The translations under genes and the position numbers were made by a program. DNA of 63,867 bases, filler included, from Dugesia japonica (taxonomy: Eukaryota), in assembly GCA_001938525.1 (NCBI GenBank). It is 5 parts of 5 records of this genome, joined end to end, with 100 filler letters (N's around TTAATTAATTAA, not from the genome) between each part and the next. Parts side by side here need not be neighbours in the genome. Positions count along the whole stretch, not along the records: positions 13,406 to 31,723 come from MQRL01555447.1; positions 31,824 to 44,405 come from MQRL01524888.1; 3 more parts are not named here. The stretch is one strand, 5' to 3'. Positions 26,011 through 39,940 of this stretch are shown here, one piece after another; position 1 is the first letter of the stretch; every line of letters starts with the position of its first letter. The notes beneath the pieces are model-generated. The model did no database searches. It saw only the letters and a list, made by a program, of their open reading frames with translations, and was not told the DNA's origin.

Positions 26011-27006
26011 ACCTATTACAATTGGAGATAATTTTTTTTTATAAAATATAAATAAAACTAAATAATTTAAAGTACCAATTAAAATTCTAAATAAGAAATA
26101 AGAATTATATGAGTTAAAATGTAGTTTAGAAATTGTTTTATTTTATTATCAATTTCGTAAAATTCATTTTTATCTTTCAAAAAGCCCAATAAATTTTATT
26201 ATAAAATCATTTGTGATTTAATTGCACATTTTGTTAAATAATTTTTGGAATTATTGAAACCAGAAAAACACATTTTAAGTTAAGAAAATGTCAATATTTT
26301 TAAGAAAAACAAAATCTCAAAATCATGAAATTAAATGTCATTTATTGATGTATATCCTAGTGAAAAGGTAGTAAAAAAACTGAAGCAGTAAAATAATTTT
26401 ATGATAAAACTTAACATTGATTATAATAACATTTGAATGTTTGTACAATTTCAATTTTATTTCATAAATATTTTTATTTTAAATATTAAAAACCAATTTT
26501 GAAATAACTATTATTACAATCATGCGGGTCGAAAAAAACTTTACAAGAAGGTTCTTATATATTACAATAATATGATGTCGAATAAATGAATAATAAAAAA
26601 TATAATGTAACATACGATTTTATTATTTTTCATAAAAAAATTAATTCTATGTTTGCCATCAAGGAATTTAATTTTGAAATTATTTTGCTTTTTAAACACT
26701 TTCATCAAACATAAACCAGATAGTCGGGTCTCCAAAATAGTGGGCCTTAATAAAGTTTTCAGGCATCTTAAAGTTTTGAAGCTTTTCACGATGGAACACC
26801 TCGAGGCGGATAAAACCATAGCCGGAACTATAATCAAATGAATTTTATGAAAAAATAAGTTTTAAAATCTTATGATTAAGTTTAAGGAACATCAGTAGAA
26901 GACAAAAATTACCATTTTTATTCAGAAATGTTACTCCTGTTTCTAAATTTCCCAGACTATGTTATAAATGGTCTAAAGCTGTCACAATTCGTTTAGAAAC
27001 GGCAAT

Positions 27007-27105
27007 ATAATTATTAAATTACATAATTATTAATACATAATTATTAATACATAATTATTAATACATAATTATTAATACATAATTATTAATACATAATTAT
27101 AATAC
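27007..27105. repeat. 14-bp minisatellite (ACATAATTATTAAT)n
   Basis: About six tandem copies. Confidence 0.9.
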
Positions 27106-28015
27106 GTAGATTGAACATTTTTTGCGAGGTGTTCTTGTTCTAAGTAAATAGTATATTTATTTTCCGATCCAAAGGGGTCAACTTAACTTCTTCTTTGCGG
27201 ATTCCCGGATAATCACAATTAAAAGAATTACTTCAATTCTCATCGAAAATTCTAAATAAATTATTTCAAAATTTTGAATTTGTAATGTCAATATATTTAA
27301 GTACGAGCTTCCTCTTAAATAAATATTATCTTACGATAAAAAATCAATTTCAAAATATAGCAAACAATTTAATAATTTTAATTAATTTTGTATACACTAA
27401 ACCCTTGATAATTTTGCTAGCTCAATTTATAATTTTTAAAATTTTTCTACATTTATAAATCAATGATTAATTTATCTACTTCGTTGATAACAAAAAGAAA
27501 TTTTCTTTGTAATGGTGAAGAAAAAGTACATGTAGTATGTGTATGCAAATACTGCTAAGAAGAAAATGATCAACTAAATGATAAAAAATATGCGCAATTG
27601 CATATTATATTTATTTAAAATTGAAACAGTCCAAACTAAATGTACTAAGCTTATCGCTAGCCAATGTTAAACATTTATTCTTCCAAATTCTCAAATTTTG
27701 TAATTGTAATTTTTTGTTAAATACAAAATAATCATTTAAACCATTTTGTTTTGTAATTATTATTCAAGATATTCTTCTGAGTTCAAAGATAAAGCCTCGG
27801 AAAATTTATTATCGAACACAACAACATAAGTCATAAAATAATTTTAAATTAGATTTATAGTTCAAAAAAATAATCCAAAATCATTAAGATTTATTTTTTT
27901 TAAAATTTCTAATAAATTTGGTTTTTGAATACTAGAAATTTTGTTTCCAAATTAAATTAAATTCAAATTAATTTAAACATTTATTTTAATTATGGGACTG
28001 ATAGATGTTAATAAT

Positions 28016-28017
<2 letters not shown>

Positions 28018-28081
<64 letters not shown>

Positions 28082-28131
28082 NNNNNNNNNNNNNNNNNNN
28101 NNNNNNNNNNNNNNNNNNNNNNNNNNNNNNN

Positions 28132-28194
<63 letters not shown>
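28018..28194. repeat. (AAT)n microsatellite spanning a gap
   Basis: Pure AAT runs on both sides of N run. Confidence 0.95.
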
Positions 28195-28197
<3 letters not shown>

Positions 28198-29121
28198 GTT
28201 TGAATATAATATTTTAAAATGAAGCCACATTTATCCTTTATTGTTAATGTAATTCCAAAATTTGAAATTTTAGGAAACAGTTCTGCAATAAACGTTATTT
28301 TTCATCTTTTTACAATTTTTTGTTTATATTAACACTTTCTATAATGTTTTTATAATTAATTACTTTATATCAACTTCATTCCTATATTTCAGGCGACTTT
28401 GAATAATAACGAGATCTGAATCCTAAATTGCTATTATTGAAAACAAGAACTTTCGGCTAGAGAAGGCCATCTGTGATATTAAATACAAAATGACAGTACA
28501 TAATACANGTGCTTTTCGTTGGTACAATCGTAGTTGAATTTCGTCTCCAGTTTATGCTAAATTTCTTGAAGCGCATTGTGGTGTATGATGTCTATGCTTT
28601 TAACTGATCAATCAAAACCAACAAAAGAAATAGACTTCAAGAATTCGGACTCCTTCATCAGTCCCAAATGAAGATTGGTTCAATAGAAAGTCATAATCTG
28701 TATTTGATGAAATTTTGAAGACGGGTTTGACTTTGAATTTGTTCCAAATAACTTGGAAATAAAATATATATACATCAAAAGTGCAAAATGTTACTTATAC
28801 AAGTGTGATAAAAGTACATGGTTAGTGAACGTAATCATCACGACATCTGGAACAGAAACATCAGTTTAAAGAAATGACATTGTNNNNNNNNNNNNNNNNN
28901 NNNNNNNNNNNNNNNNNNNNNNNNNNNNNNNNNNNNNNNNNNNNNNNNNNNNNNNNNNNNNNNNNNNNNNNNNNNNNNNNNNNNNNNNNNNNNNNNNNNN
29001 NNNNNNNNNNNNNNNNNNNNNNNNNNNNNNNNNNNNNNNNNNNNNNNNNNNNNNNNNNNNNNNNNNNNNNNNNNNNNNNNNNNNNNNNNNNNGTATAGTT
29101 TATCAAAAGAAAAATTTGTTC

Positions 29122-29494
29122 CCAACAACAATGCTAAGCCTCACACAGTAAAGAAGCAGAACAAATTCGAAGAACTAGAAGAGTCAAGGTTCTTTCACAT
29201 CCAACCTAAAGTCATCTGACTGGCCTTTTCCAATCGATGCACCACTTCTTTCGAGATCATCGATTCGAGTTATTTGAGGAAATTGAAGTATCATGCAAGA
29301 AAATTATTCGAATCAAAGCCCAATGATTAATACTTTAACCAGATAGGCAGAATTACAGATCGGTGGAAGAAAGCTATCGACAAAAAAGGATTTTATTTTG
29401 AAAATTATTTCTCATAGTTTTGGACAAGTTTAATACATTTTTCCATACAAATCTAGTTTTTTTGCAAGTGCTGCAGAACTTTTACCACAAACTA
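29122..29494 (+). mobile_element. Mariner transposase C-terminus and right TIR remnant
   Basis: NNAKPHT (DNARPH), LSHP, DRWKKAIDKKGFYFE; TIR-like GCAGAACTTTTACCACAAACTAG. Confidence 0.75.
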
Positions 29495-31723
29495 GCATTT
29501 CATTTCAAATACTGATACACTAATATTAATTATAAATAAATTTATCTTTAGAAGATTTACCTAACATGATGACAACGGTGAGATAGAAACAAACAATGAA
29601 TTAAAATAATTTTAATCAATTTATATTGATTGAAATTCTTCTTAATTATTGCCTTATACAGACAATTTAAAATATAGAGATGAATTAAAAATTACATTTA
29701 TATCGAGTCAATTAAATAGCTATTTACCTTCTCATAATTTTTAATAAACTTAATATTTAGAGATTTTAAATCTGCTTGAATTAATTGTTTTTAAACAATG
29801 TACTAATTTAAAATTTAATAAATTGGACAATATTTTTATCATTAAAATTCAAAAAAAAACAATGTTTAATAATGATGAAATTTGGTCTTATCTGAATAAT
29901 CTTTCAAAATTAACTAATATTTTGATATTATCATTATTTTTAAGAACGACTTTTAATATTACCAAACATTGCTTGATTTTAAAAACTAAAAACTTTTAAT
30001 TCATGAGAAATTTGAAATAATGTAAAACTAAAAATAAAGAAAATATTTCGTTGAATTATCTAACGGTTTTCTCCGGAGATCCATAGAAAACGAAGTTTAC
30101 TCAATATCTAAAATTTGAGCATTGTCAAGTAATCACGTTCGGTTTGCTTTGTAATTAATTATTTCATATTTTTTACATATAAAATAAGTCAAGCAACGTT
30201 CATAATTATCGAAAAGTTCGATGTATCAACTAAAAAAATTATTTTCATAAAATCAGATTATACAGTTTGATAACTAATCTTTTTATTGTTATAAATACTA
30301 GAGTGGTTGTTTCGTAAATTTATTGAATTCATATTTAAAAAAATTAGAAATTAACACCAAATAGTAATTAAATTTCTTAAAACAATAACATTTAAACAAA
30401 TTTTGAGAATCAAATATCATTTGATATTTTATAAAAATTATTCAATCAGGCAAAATTTTACAACCATTCAAAACATTTTTCAAAAAATATTTCATTCCTT
30501 TTCATGAAATTTTAGTTCATAACTTATCGATAATGAAAATTTATATTTAANNNNNNNNNNNNNNNNNNNNNNNNNNNNNNNNNNNNNNNNNNNNNNNNNN
30601 NATTACTTGAGATTTTTGTTTCATTCAAATTTATTTGATTTTTCGTTTGAACAATTATTCAATTTTATCTAATATTTTCAAATTTTAATTCAAAAATATC
30701 ACAATCCATATATCGATTATTGTGAGAAAATATTAGAAACATTATCAATTGAAATTAAAAGAAAATTTTGCTAACATCAATTTACTTCACCTGCAATATT
30801 TAATCATGTTACATAAAATCAAATACTGAAGAAAACTTCAACTTTATTTTATTCACTAGAAAATAAAAAAAAATTATTAAGATTTAATATTTACCCCTCA
30901 ACTATCTTTAATTATTAATAAATATGTAATTGCTAAACTTTTATTTCAACACTACTGTCACATTTGTTAGATTCATGTGAAAATGCAATGATTGAAAATA
31001 GATCAATAGAACTTTATTGTTTGGCATTATTCATTGGTATTTCGCAATAACAAATTTCCTGAGAAAATACAAATGCTAAATAAATGATGACTGAATATGC
31101 TCTAGATATTTATCGAAATAGTGAATTTGTGTGTATTTGCAAAACATGTAATCAATAAACTACATATTTCTAGGTTAGTTTTTTGGTACTAAAGCTTCCA
31201 AAGAATTGTTTGTTTAATAATATAATTCATTTTACTAAATATTGAAATAAATAAAAATTAAATTTGATAGAAAATGTTGATAACAATTTGTCGAAATATC
31301 AATGCCTTAAATTTAAAAATGGATAAGAAAAAGAATTAAAAATCAATTAAATAATTGAAGAAAATAAAATGAAAATATTTTTAAATCAAAAACATTTATT
31401 AATTATAACAAAAATTGGTTATCATAAGATTTATACTGTAAAATCTGCAAAATATTTAAATACTCATGAAAATGTTTAGTTTTAATTATTTAATTAATTN
31501 NNNNNNNNNNNNNNNNNNNNNNNNNNNNNNNNNNNNNNNNNNNNNNNNNNNNNNNNNNNNNNNNNNNNNNNNNNNNNNCGGTAATTTAATGATTTATCTT
31601 TTTAGGAAACATGTTAGAGTTTATCAATTTATAATTTCGTACAAAATTAAAAAAGTTGCATAACTATATATTTCTTTGAGTAAAAATGAATGACTATTAA
31701 AGTTAGATTTTCAATTTCACAAC

Positions 31724-31823
31724 NNNNNNNNNNNNNNNNNNNNNNNNNNNNNNNNNNNNNNNNNNNNTTAATTAATTAANNNNNNNNNNNNNNNNNNNNN
31801 NNNNNNNNNNNNNNNNNNNNNNN
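31724..31823. other. Artificial scaffold spacer
   Basis: 44N-TTAATTAATTAA-44N. Confidence 0.95.
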
Positions 31824-32129
31824 TTATTATTATTATTATTAATATTATTATTATTAATAATATTTTTTTAAAAATTTTTTTGTTAAGGTCAAAATTTTTG
31901 TTATAAATTTTTTCTTTTAAAATTTTAAGAAATTTTTTCTTCAGAATATTTTTTTAGAAATTTATATTTCAGAATTTTTTCAGAATGTTTTTTGTGTAGA
32001 TTTTTTTAAAAAATTAATCTTTAGAAATTTTTTTTTGAGAAATTTTTACACAAATTTTACTAAAGAATTTTTTAAAATTTCTTTTTTAGTATTAAATAAA
32101 TTATTATCGATGAAAAATCAAATTATTGT

Positions 32130-32420
32130 CGATGATATTGATATAATCGAAACAATTCACGATTGAAAACGCAAGGAAAACGTAATTCATCTGTGTGGCA
32201 CTGTGAAAAAGCACGACTGCGATACAGGAACGATGATGGATGGTTTGGTCGAACAAGACTGATTTAATAACGACGCTCTGACAGGACTCGTGTTGCCCAA
32301 CATCTGCGCCCGAAATCGAACGGTATCTTGAAGACTCTTGGCGGCGAACAAGAAATCCGCAATAAGAAAGACTCGTAAACATAATAGAGGCGACGATAAC
32401 CTGTGTTCAACGTCTTTAAT
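32130..32420 (+). mobile_element. Possible FLYWCH/MULE transposase remnant
   Basis: GC-richer island encoding SSVWHCEK-like motif after a low-complexity tract; heavily decayed. Confidence 0.35.
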
Positions 32421-34172
32421 TATATCAAAGATTTGAATGAAAATGTAGAACTAGGCGTGGCGGATTTGTAAAAATAAATCTTAACTCTTGTCATTTGTGT
32501 TATTATCTTAATTCAAATAGTCTTGTTGGAAATCAAGTCTCGTAACCAAACGATACAAAACCAGTTATTCATAGTAAAATAAAGGAAAAACTTACTAAGT
32601 AGCTTATAAAAAAAATAAAATCGCAAAATAAATCTTCTTTCAATTTAAGAAAAATCATAATTACATAATTTTGAATTATTAGGATTAATGTTAATCAACT
32701 AGATTTACCAGAATTTTCAAATCCGATAGAGTATATTTACTCATTTCAAAACCAAGTTCGAAAATATTTTATAATACGTTTATTCTCCATAACTTTGTAG
32801 TTTTTTTATGTAAAAGCATATTTCTGGACAACGAATAACACATCTACAATATTTCAAATAATTCCTGATTAATATGAAGGTTAAAATATTTATTTAATGC
32901 AATTACACAAAAATTACTTGATTCTAAACCACTCATTTAAATTTAACATTAAATCATAAAACATTAACTTTAAAATATAACAATGGACAAATTTATTTAA
33001 ATCACTTATTATAATTAATATTTAAAACAAACATAATTTCTTTTTATTAATTATTTATCAGAAAATATTTATTTTTCAAAAATTATAGATTTAAATTAGT
33101 CATTAGCAGATTGTTTCATTATACCATCTACTGTATCAATTCATCTTAATTCATTGCATCATTTATTACTGTCGATATAATAAATATAGTTTTCGTGTTG
33201 TTGACAATATAACCATTTTTCATAATTCTTTTGATTTTCTTTAAGCTCTCGTTCAGACAATCTTGAGGAATCAATTATGTTGATTCTATGTCTTACTTGC
33301 AGATGTAATATTTTTAGAACTCATCACATTATATATGCGTAAATCTAAGATATGTACTTCAGTTAACAAGTTGTTAATTTATTAACCTTGCATGTCTATC
33401 TTATTTATGTACTATAGACACTTGATTCATGTCCCGCTGTGAAATAAGACTCCACTATTGCACCGTTAAAATAACTACAAATTTCGATTAAAATATAAGC
33501 CCTTTTAGAGTAAATATCCGGGTGTGTAAATAAATGTTTTAAAAGGCAATAAATTCTGCCTTGAGTAAGGGGTTAAATTGTGTGGAGACGATATTTTTTT
33601 CAAAGATTTCAGAAAACTGAAACGTGAGGTGAATAATACTAGCAAAGAATAAATAATTCGATTCTATGACGCATTTGGATCTAGAAGAAAAATGCATCGA
33701 GCCTAGCAAATTATGGTCGGGTATTTGAACTAGTGGGTGTGCTAAATTATTAGTCTTCGACGCCTGAATAAATCTTTAAGGACAGTATGTATAACTACGA
33801 ATCTTTGTAAAATTTAATAGGAGCATAACTCGGGCGCGACCCCAAAAATCAGTACAGTAACATATTATTTTTAATCACTGTTTTATTTGATATTTATTCA
33901 CATTTTGTAAACGGTTCATATTTAATTAAAAACATGTTCATTTAATTAATATATTTTTTATTTATTATATTTTATATATAAATACCTACAAGCCAAGTAA
34001 TATTAAATAGGAGTCAGAATAATCTTTGTTAGAACTTTAGCGCAATAGGAATCTAACAATATGTCAATATATAATAGTTATGGAAATTCTAAATAACATT
34101 GTTTGAATAATAAGAATTAACGTTATAATTTTTATTTAATAAATATTCTAATCACTTAGTTATTATTGAAAT

Positions 34173-34470
34173 ATGATAAAGAGCAAGCATACTGTAACTG
34201 ACAGCCAAGCCAGAACTGTAAATGCGGTGACAAGGTAAAAGCATCAACAGAAAGAAATTTTAAGTGCGTTATTAAAAAGCTCAAGATTTAATAAATCTTA
34301 ACGTCAGAAAATATGATGGAAAAGGTGCAGAAGAAACTTCGTAATGATTTAAGGATATCGAGAAGTGGACTTTTGTTAACGATTTCATTTTGTTTGATAT
34401 CTTTGATTTACTATTGCTAGATAAAGCAGGAACTCTTTGGAAAGATTTTCAAAAGATTCAGAAAGAAAGA
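34173..34470 (+). mobile_element. Gypsy gag 5' fragment homologous to 4199-4490
   Basis: Shared nucleotide blocks such as TGCGGTGACAAGG, GTCAGAAAATATGATGGAAAA and ATATCTTTGATTTACTATTG. Confidence 0.75.
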
Positions 34471-34549
34471 AAACAATTACAAAGAAATATTATGAATATT
34501 CATGGCCATGTTAAAAAAATATAGAAGCCATAAACTGAAAACCTACCAC

Positions 34550-34646
34550 AGGGACGGTAGGGTAAATTCTTGAGAGGGTTCCCCTGAGGGCTGTTTTTTT
34601 TCCAGCCGCTTTTTTCGTGTCACTAAACTCAAGTAGGACCCTAACA
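34550..34646 (+). mobile_element. 3'-terminal (U5-like) fragment of the long-LTR family
   Basis: GGGACGGTAGGGTAAATTCTTGAGAGGGTTCCCCTGAGGGCTGTTTTT...GGACCCTAACA aligns with the reverse complement of 59743-59840 (...GGACTCCAACA). Confidence 0.75.
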
Positions 34647-35069
34647 TGTCTAACGATTTGATAAACTCTAACATTTAAGTCTGATAAGATTAAATGTCAA
34701 TAATTTTGATTCTTGAAGTCAGAGTCTATCTATTAATTAAAAGGTTGATACGGAGTAAATAAATATTAGGTTTTGTTGAAACAAAATTTGAATCAAAGTT
34801 TTTTAAGGTCCATCAAGACTCCATGAGAATAATGAATTCAAATTTTCGGATATCTAGAGATACCACATGATTGAAATCAATCAAAGTTTTGTGAGATCGG
34901 TTGAGATTCTTTGAAAATGAATCAAAGTTTTGTTAACTTTACGGAGACTCCAAGACTATGTTAAAATATTGAACAATTTACGAAAGTTGAATAAAACAAT
35001 TTGGATCTTTGCATTATCAAAAATTCATTAATAATATTATGATTTTCAATGATGATAATAATTTACGTT

Positions 35070-35300
35070 TTCTTACAGAAGATCGTATTCATCGTGTTGA
35101 CATTTGCGTTTTGCTGCTAAAGGGTGAAAAAAGAGCCATTTATGCAAATAATCATGACAGGCGATATGAACTGGGTTATCTCCGTCTAATAAAGCTGCAA
35201 GTGGTAATGGAGCAGGATTACCAATGGTCTCGATTAAAAAATTCGAAATATGAAGTTTTTCACAAACACGTCGTGTGCGCACACTAGAAAATCTAGTGAC
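35070..35300 (+). mobile_element. Mariner transposase fragment
   Basis: LTEDRIHRVDIC.. followed after a frameshift by EPFMQIIMTGDMNWV (ITGDEKWV-like). Confidence 0.65.
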
Positions 35301-36329
35301 ATTCCACTTTATGATTTTCTACGGAAAATTTTTTGAATATTATTTAACTGTTCATTTACTCCAATTCTATTGATATATTGTTAAAAAATTATTTTCATTA
35401 TTATTATTTATCATTTCCTTATATCTTTTCAATATTTTATCATTTTGTCTTTTTAAACTTGTTTTATAGCAATGGTCGCCACTATTTTAAACTTTGCAGA
35501 CTACTAAAATAATAATTGTTAATCCAACGGACTAATAATAAAATAACGTTTGCTAATAATTTGTCAGTAAGTTTTTAATAATCTTTAATTTAAAGCACCC
35601 ACATTTCTGTAATCTTTCCAAAAATAGTCTGTGAAAAGTACAATTGAGCGCCAACATCTAATGTCACGTCTTTAACAAAGCTTTGTGTAGCGAATATAAC
35701 GATATATTTTTTAAAATAATCTACTGAGTCAAAACGACTTAAATGTGCCCTATTTAACCGAAAGTTTTTGAGTACCACCAAAAGTTTCTTGCGAAACTGG
35801 TTGGCCACCACTGTTTTGTAGGGTATAATCATAACTTCCATACCATAAATGTTTGTATTGTTTACTTTTTTTAATTAAAAGAAAATGCCAAAACTCCATT
35901 TTCATAAAATTAATTCAAATTAAACAATATACTGCGTTCATCACTGTTAGATGAATCTGTAACATTCATCTTTGCATTGAAAAAATTAACAATTTTCATT
36001 GCAAGATTTACTCAAGACAACACAAAAACATAATATATAAATTTGTCTTTTCAAAAAAATTAAAAATTTTTAACTTAGACTTGAAACAACAAATATTAGT
36101 TTATCGAAATATTTTTTTAAATAAAATTACAAAATACCATATCAAAATGTTTTAAAGAAAATTAAATTTATATCAGAAATTTAATAATTTCAAACATATA
36201 TATTATTTATGACGAATTATAACTTTTAAATATAAACTGTAAATTACATATTTTTAAATTTACCAACAAATTTTAAATTTAAAAATTCCTTTTCTTGAAA
36301 TATTTGATTAAAAAAATTACAAAATTAAC

Positions 36330-36535
36330 GGATAACTCCTAATAAGATGACTATTTCTAATAGTACGAATATTTGTTTCAATAGTAATTACTAATAAATA
36401 GTATGACGATTGTTATAATAATTTTTATAATATTTTTAATCCAAATAGTATGACCAAATTTATTGAAAATTTAAAAAGGAAATTTTTTTGGTCATCTATT
36501 TAATAGTAATTGTCATACTATTTGGAGTTATCTGG
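36330..36535. mobile_element. MITE-like element with terminal inverted repeats
   Basis: GGATAACTCCTAATA ... TATTTGGAGTTATCTG with internal AAATAGTATGAC subrepeats. Confidence 0.6.
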
Positions 36536-39184
36536 TAATATATTTAATTAATTTATTTAATATATTTAAAATTTAATGCAAATTATAAATTTAAAGTTTA
36601 GTTTTTTGTAAACATTTAAACATGTAAAATTTTATGTTTATTTCACAAATTTCTTTTATGAATTTATTAAAAATATTTAATAAAATAATTTAATATTTTC
36701 GTCTCAATATACAAAAAATTTAAAATTGCTTTTAAAAACTATCTTACAATCACTTTGACCATTTTTCTGCTTCCCTTTTATATGTATCATTCATTAAAAT
36801 GTCAAAATGTGCAGAATATTTGAGTACTTCGAAATTTTTAATTTCTCACTCAATATTAATTCTGGTTTTTCATATATTTGCAATCTTGTACATTACTAGA
36901 CTTTCCATTTCTACTTGTTGTATAATTTTAAGTGATATCTCATTGTATAACCAGTATTGCAAAGGTTCGTGTTATTGCAAACTGCAATAGTTTAACTCTA
37001 CTGGTTACTGAGATAATTGCCATCGTCTCATTTTTACTCTAGCCATTTCGGAATCTCCAATTTTCACGAATCATATGATAATTATATAAATGTCAAAATT
37101 NGATGAATAATTGATATTCAGATAACCTTTCAGTTTAATAATTTTCCTATCGATTCTGGTTCTCAAATTATCGTTCATGTTGTATTTAATTTTCTGGATT
37201 ATACATTTTTTATGTTTTCCATATCAATCAGAATTTAGATTGTAGTAAAGCATTGTGAAAATCTTATGTTACAAAATCTTTTAGCATCATAGATTTTCTG
37301 GTTGACTAAATATTTACATATATTCAAAATTTTCACATCTAAAAGTTTCCGTATTTTATTACTTATTCTACTGTTTTACAAGTATTAAATGTTAGTTTAA
37401 ATTGTGATTAAATGTTGAAAATGCTATACTTTCAATTTCCGAGCTTTAACTTTTCTTACATATTCTCTTTTTCTACGAATTTGAATATTTTTATTTACAG
37501 TTATATTTTCATGACTTCGTAATTCTTAGATAAGTATATTTTTGCTTATAATTTCTCAAATCTTTGTTTGAATAATACAGACCGAATAATCCCATATTAT
37601 TAATTTTTAATTTTCTGCTTCTTTTATCAAATTACAGTTTAGATAATTATTTTTCATCATTAATTTTGTTGAGATGTCTTTGGGATTTTACAAAGGCAAG
37701 TCAACAAATGCGTGAGCTTAGATAGATTAGTTAAGACCTGAAATTTAATTATTATCAAATTTTAATGCTATAACAGATGTTGCCTTATTTCATAATATAT
37801 GTATTATAGATAAATAATATTCTTATATGTATGCTATATAGTAGCCTTATTCAATAATAAAGATTTACTTTTCAAAGTTTTATATTTAAACGATACAACA
37901 ACTAAAATTATAACGTTATTATTTTCATCTTGTGATCTGCAGCAGACGATGCTTTAGATCTTATTCAAGATTTAGAAATGGGTGAAATTTACAATTTTAT
38001 GCAGGTATTTATACCTTTTTAACGCTTGTAGGCCACATGCACACATAATAAATAAGAGTTTTTTACAACAAAGTTTTATAAAAATTTTCAAATCTGCAAA
38101 ATTACTTTTTTACAACAGAACGTTTACAGAGTTTTATGAAAATTTTCTAAAACAACGCATATACATTTTCGTTACACATCAAATTAATAGATCAAGTAAT
38201 TTAAAAATAAAAATAAATTATCTACAAAATAATAAATTGTCAATCCAAGTAATAAAAAAATAATAAAAATCAATTATATCTACAAAATAATAAATCCAAA
38301 TGATTAGATAAATTGTCAGTAAATATTAATAGTCAAAATGGTGATTGAATAATATCGATCGATGAATTATCTGGCTCTGATTTTAATATTTAATTATCTT
38401 CTTTAGAGGATAAAATTGAATTATGTTTATCTTCAGACTGATTGAATGGGGTTTGCTTTAATCATAATCATTATCTTTGNNNNNNNNNNNNNNNNNNNNN
38501 NNNNNNNNNNNNNNNNNNNNNNNNNNNNNTAATTTAAAAATAAAAATAAATTATCTACAAAATAATAAATTGTCAATCCAAGTAATAAAAAAATAATAAA
38601 AATCAATTATATCTACAAAATAATAAATCCAAATGATTAGATAAATTGTCAGTAAATATTAATAGTCAAAATGGTGATTGAATAATATCGATCGATGAAT
38701 TATCTGGCTCTGATTCTGATTTGTAATATTTAATTATCTTCTTTNGAGGATAAAATTGAATTATGTTTATCTTCAGACTGATTGAATGGGGTTTGCTTTA
38801 ATCATAATCATTATCTTTGTGTTTTAGTATTGTTACGTCTTGTATTATTTGTGTGCGTGCATTATTGTGTATGTCTGTGAGCGTATGTTTGTATTAATTA
38901 CCAGGACTTCAATATAATCAATACGTGAAGGTGTTTAACAACCGGAACTCACCAATAATTGGATTTAGAGTCGGTTACCTAATTTTGAGTTTTCCTTAGA
39001 CAATCTAATCATGAAAACTCTGTAAAGGTATATACTTCTAAAGAAAGTTGAAAATATTTATACTGATCGAATTAAATACGCAAGAACCTAAGCATGAAGT
39101 ATCGGACTCTTTCTTGCACTGGAAAATGCGTAAAGCTATTTCTAATGAAACACAAGTCAGGCTCAGACTACACTGCTCTTGACA

Positions 39185-39250
39185 TAGTACTAACGAGGCT
39201 TAGTGCTGCTTAACTTCCGAGATCAAGTATGAGCGTCAACTTCAAAATGA
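39185..39250 (-). pseudogene. 5S rRNA-derived fragment (pseudogene or SINE3-like head)
   Basis: AGTACTAACGAGGCTTAGTGCTGCTTAACTTCCGAGATC resembles the reverse complement of the 5S internal control region (GAUCUCGGAAGCUAAGCAG...UUAGUACU). Confidence 0.7.
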
Positions 39251-39598
39251 CAGTTTAATTATATAAATTTGTTGTCAATAAATACTTTTTAGTGGTGAAC
39301 TAGTAAAATTTAAAGTACTCCCAACTGTTTTCTTGATTTATTAAATTGTTTTCATTATTAAATAAATTAAAATGTTTAAATGTGATTTAAGAGGTTTTGT
39401 AAGTAGATTTTTGTAAATTAATTTAAAATATTTTTATGAATATATTTGGTAAAAAATAAAATGCACAGATTTTATGAAATAAAAAATATTAACTGTATAA
39501 AATATTTTTTTCTAAATACTGGAGTATTAACCATAGAATTATTTAATCAATATTAATTAATTAAATTCAATAAAAATTTAAATTTGAATTCTATTCTG

Positions 39599-39940
39599 AT
39601 GGCGAGATATTTGGGATGTCAATGTTACGATCCATCAATGCCCCCAGCAGCTTGTGTAGAAACCGACAATAGATGCAAAGAGGATATGAGAGTACATCGA
39701 GAAATGCAATCACAACTAGAAGCTTCTAGACAATCAAGACCTTGGGCATGTAAGTGTTATCCACCATCATTATACTATTCAGATGGATTAACTTTAAAGC
39801 GAGATAGAAATCTGGAAAAACAAATACTTCCAATTTATCCTATAATAGCCGATAAATTTAGACCAAATTATTCATACGAAAAGAATTGTCAAAACAAAAA
39901 GCCATCCTTTACGTCACCAAATTATAATCCGTCCAAATGA
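39599..39940 (+). CDS. Orphan 113-aa Cys/Pro/Tyr-rich protein, apparently single exon
   Basis: Uninterrupted ORF with coding-like composition in AT-rich flanks, ATG at 39599, AATAAA at 39971, internal repeat GCQCYDPS / ACKCYPPS. Confidence 0.65.
   Translation: MARYLGCQCYDPSMPPAACVETDNRCKEDMRVHREMQSQLEASRQSRPWACKCYPPSLYYSDGLTLKRDRNLEKQILPIYPIIADKFRPNYSYEKNCQNKKPSFTSPNYNPSK

Noticed and set aside
27973-28230. Poly-Tyr/poly-Ile ORF
   Set aside because: Translation of an (AAT)n microsatellite and Ns.
33439-33862. Possible 5' LTR upstream of the gag fragment
   Set aside because: TG...CA ends are plausible but there is no PBS or second copy to support it.
35073-35282. PLPLAALL in minus ORF resembling calcineurin LPLAAL exon
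   Set aside because: Flanking residues do not match calcineurin; the opposite strand is a mariner fragment.
35590-35841. 83-aa minus-strand ORF
   Set aside because: No recognisable motif or splice support.
38198-38819. ~280-bp direct duplication
   Set aside because: Near-identical copies either side of a gap; probable assembly or haplotype artefact.
38831-38940. TGTTA...TAACA-bounded 110-bp segment as a solo LTR
   Set aside because: Too short, no second copy or convincing TSD.
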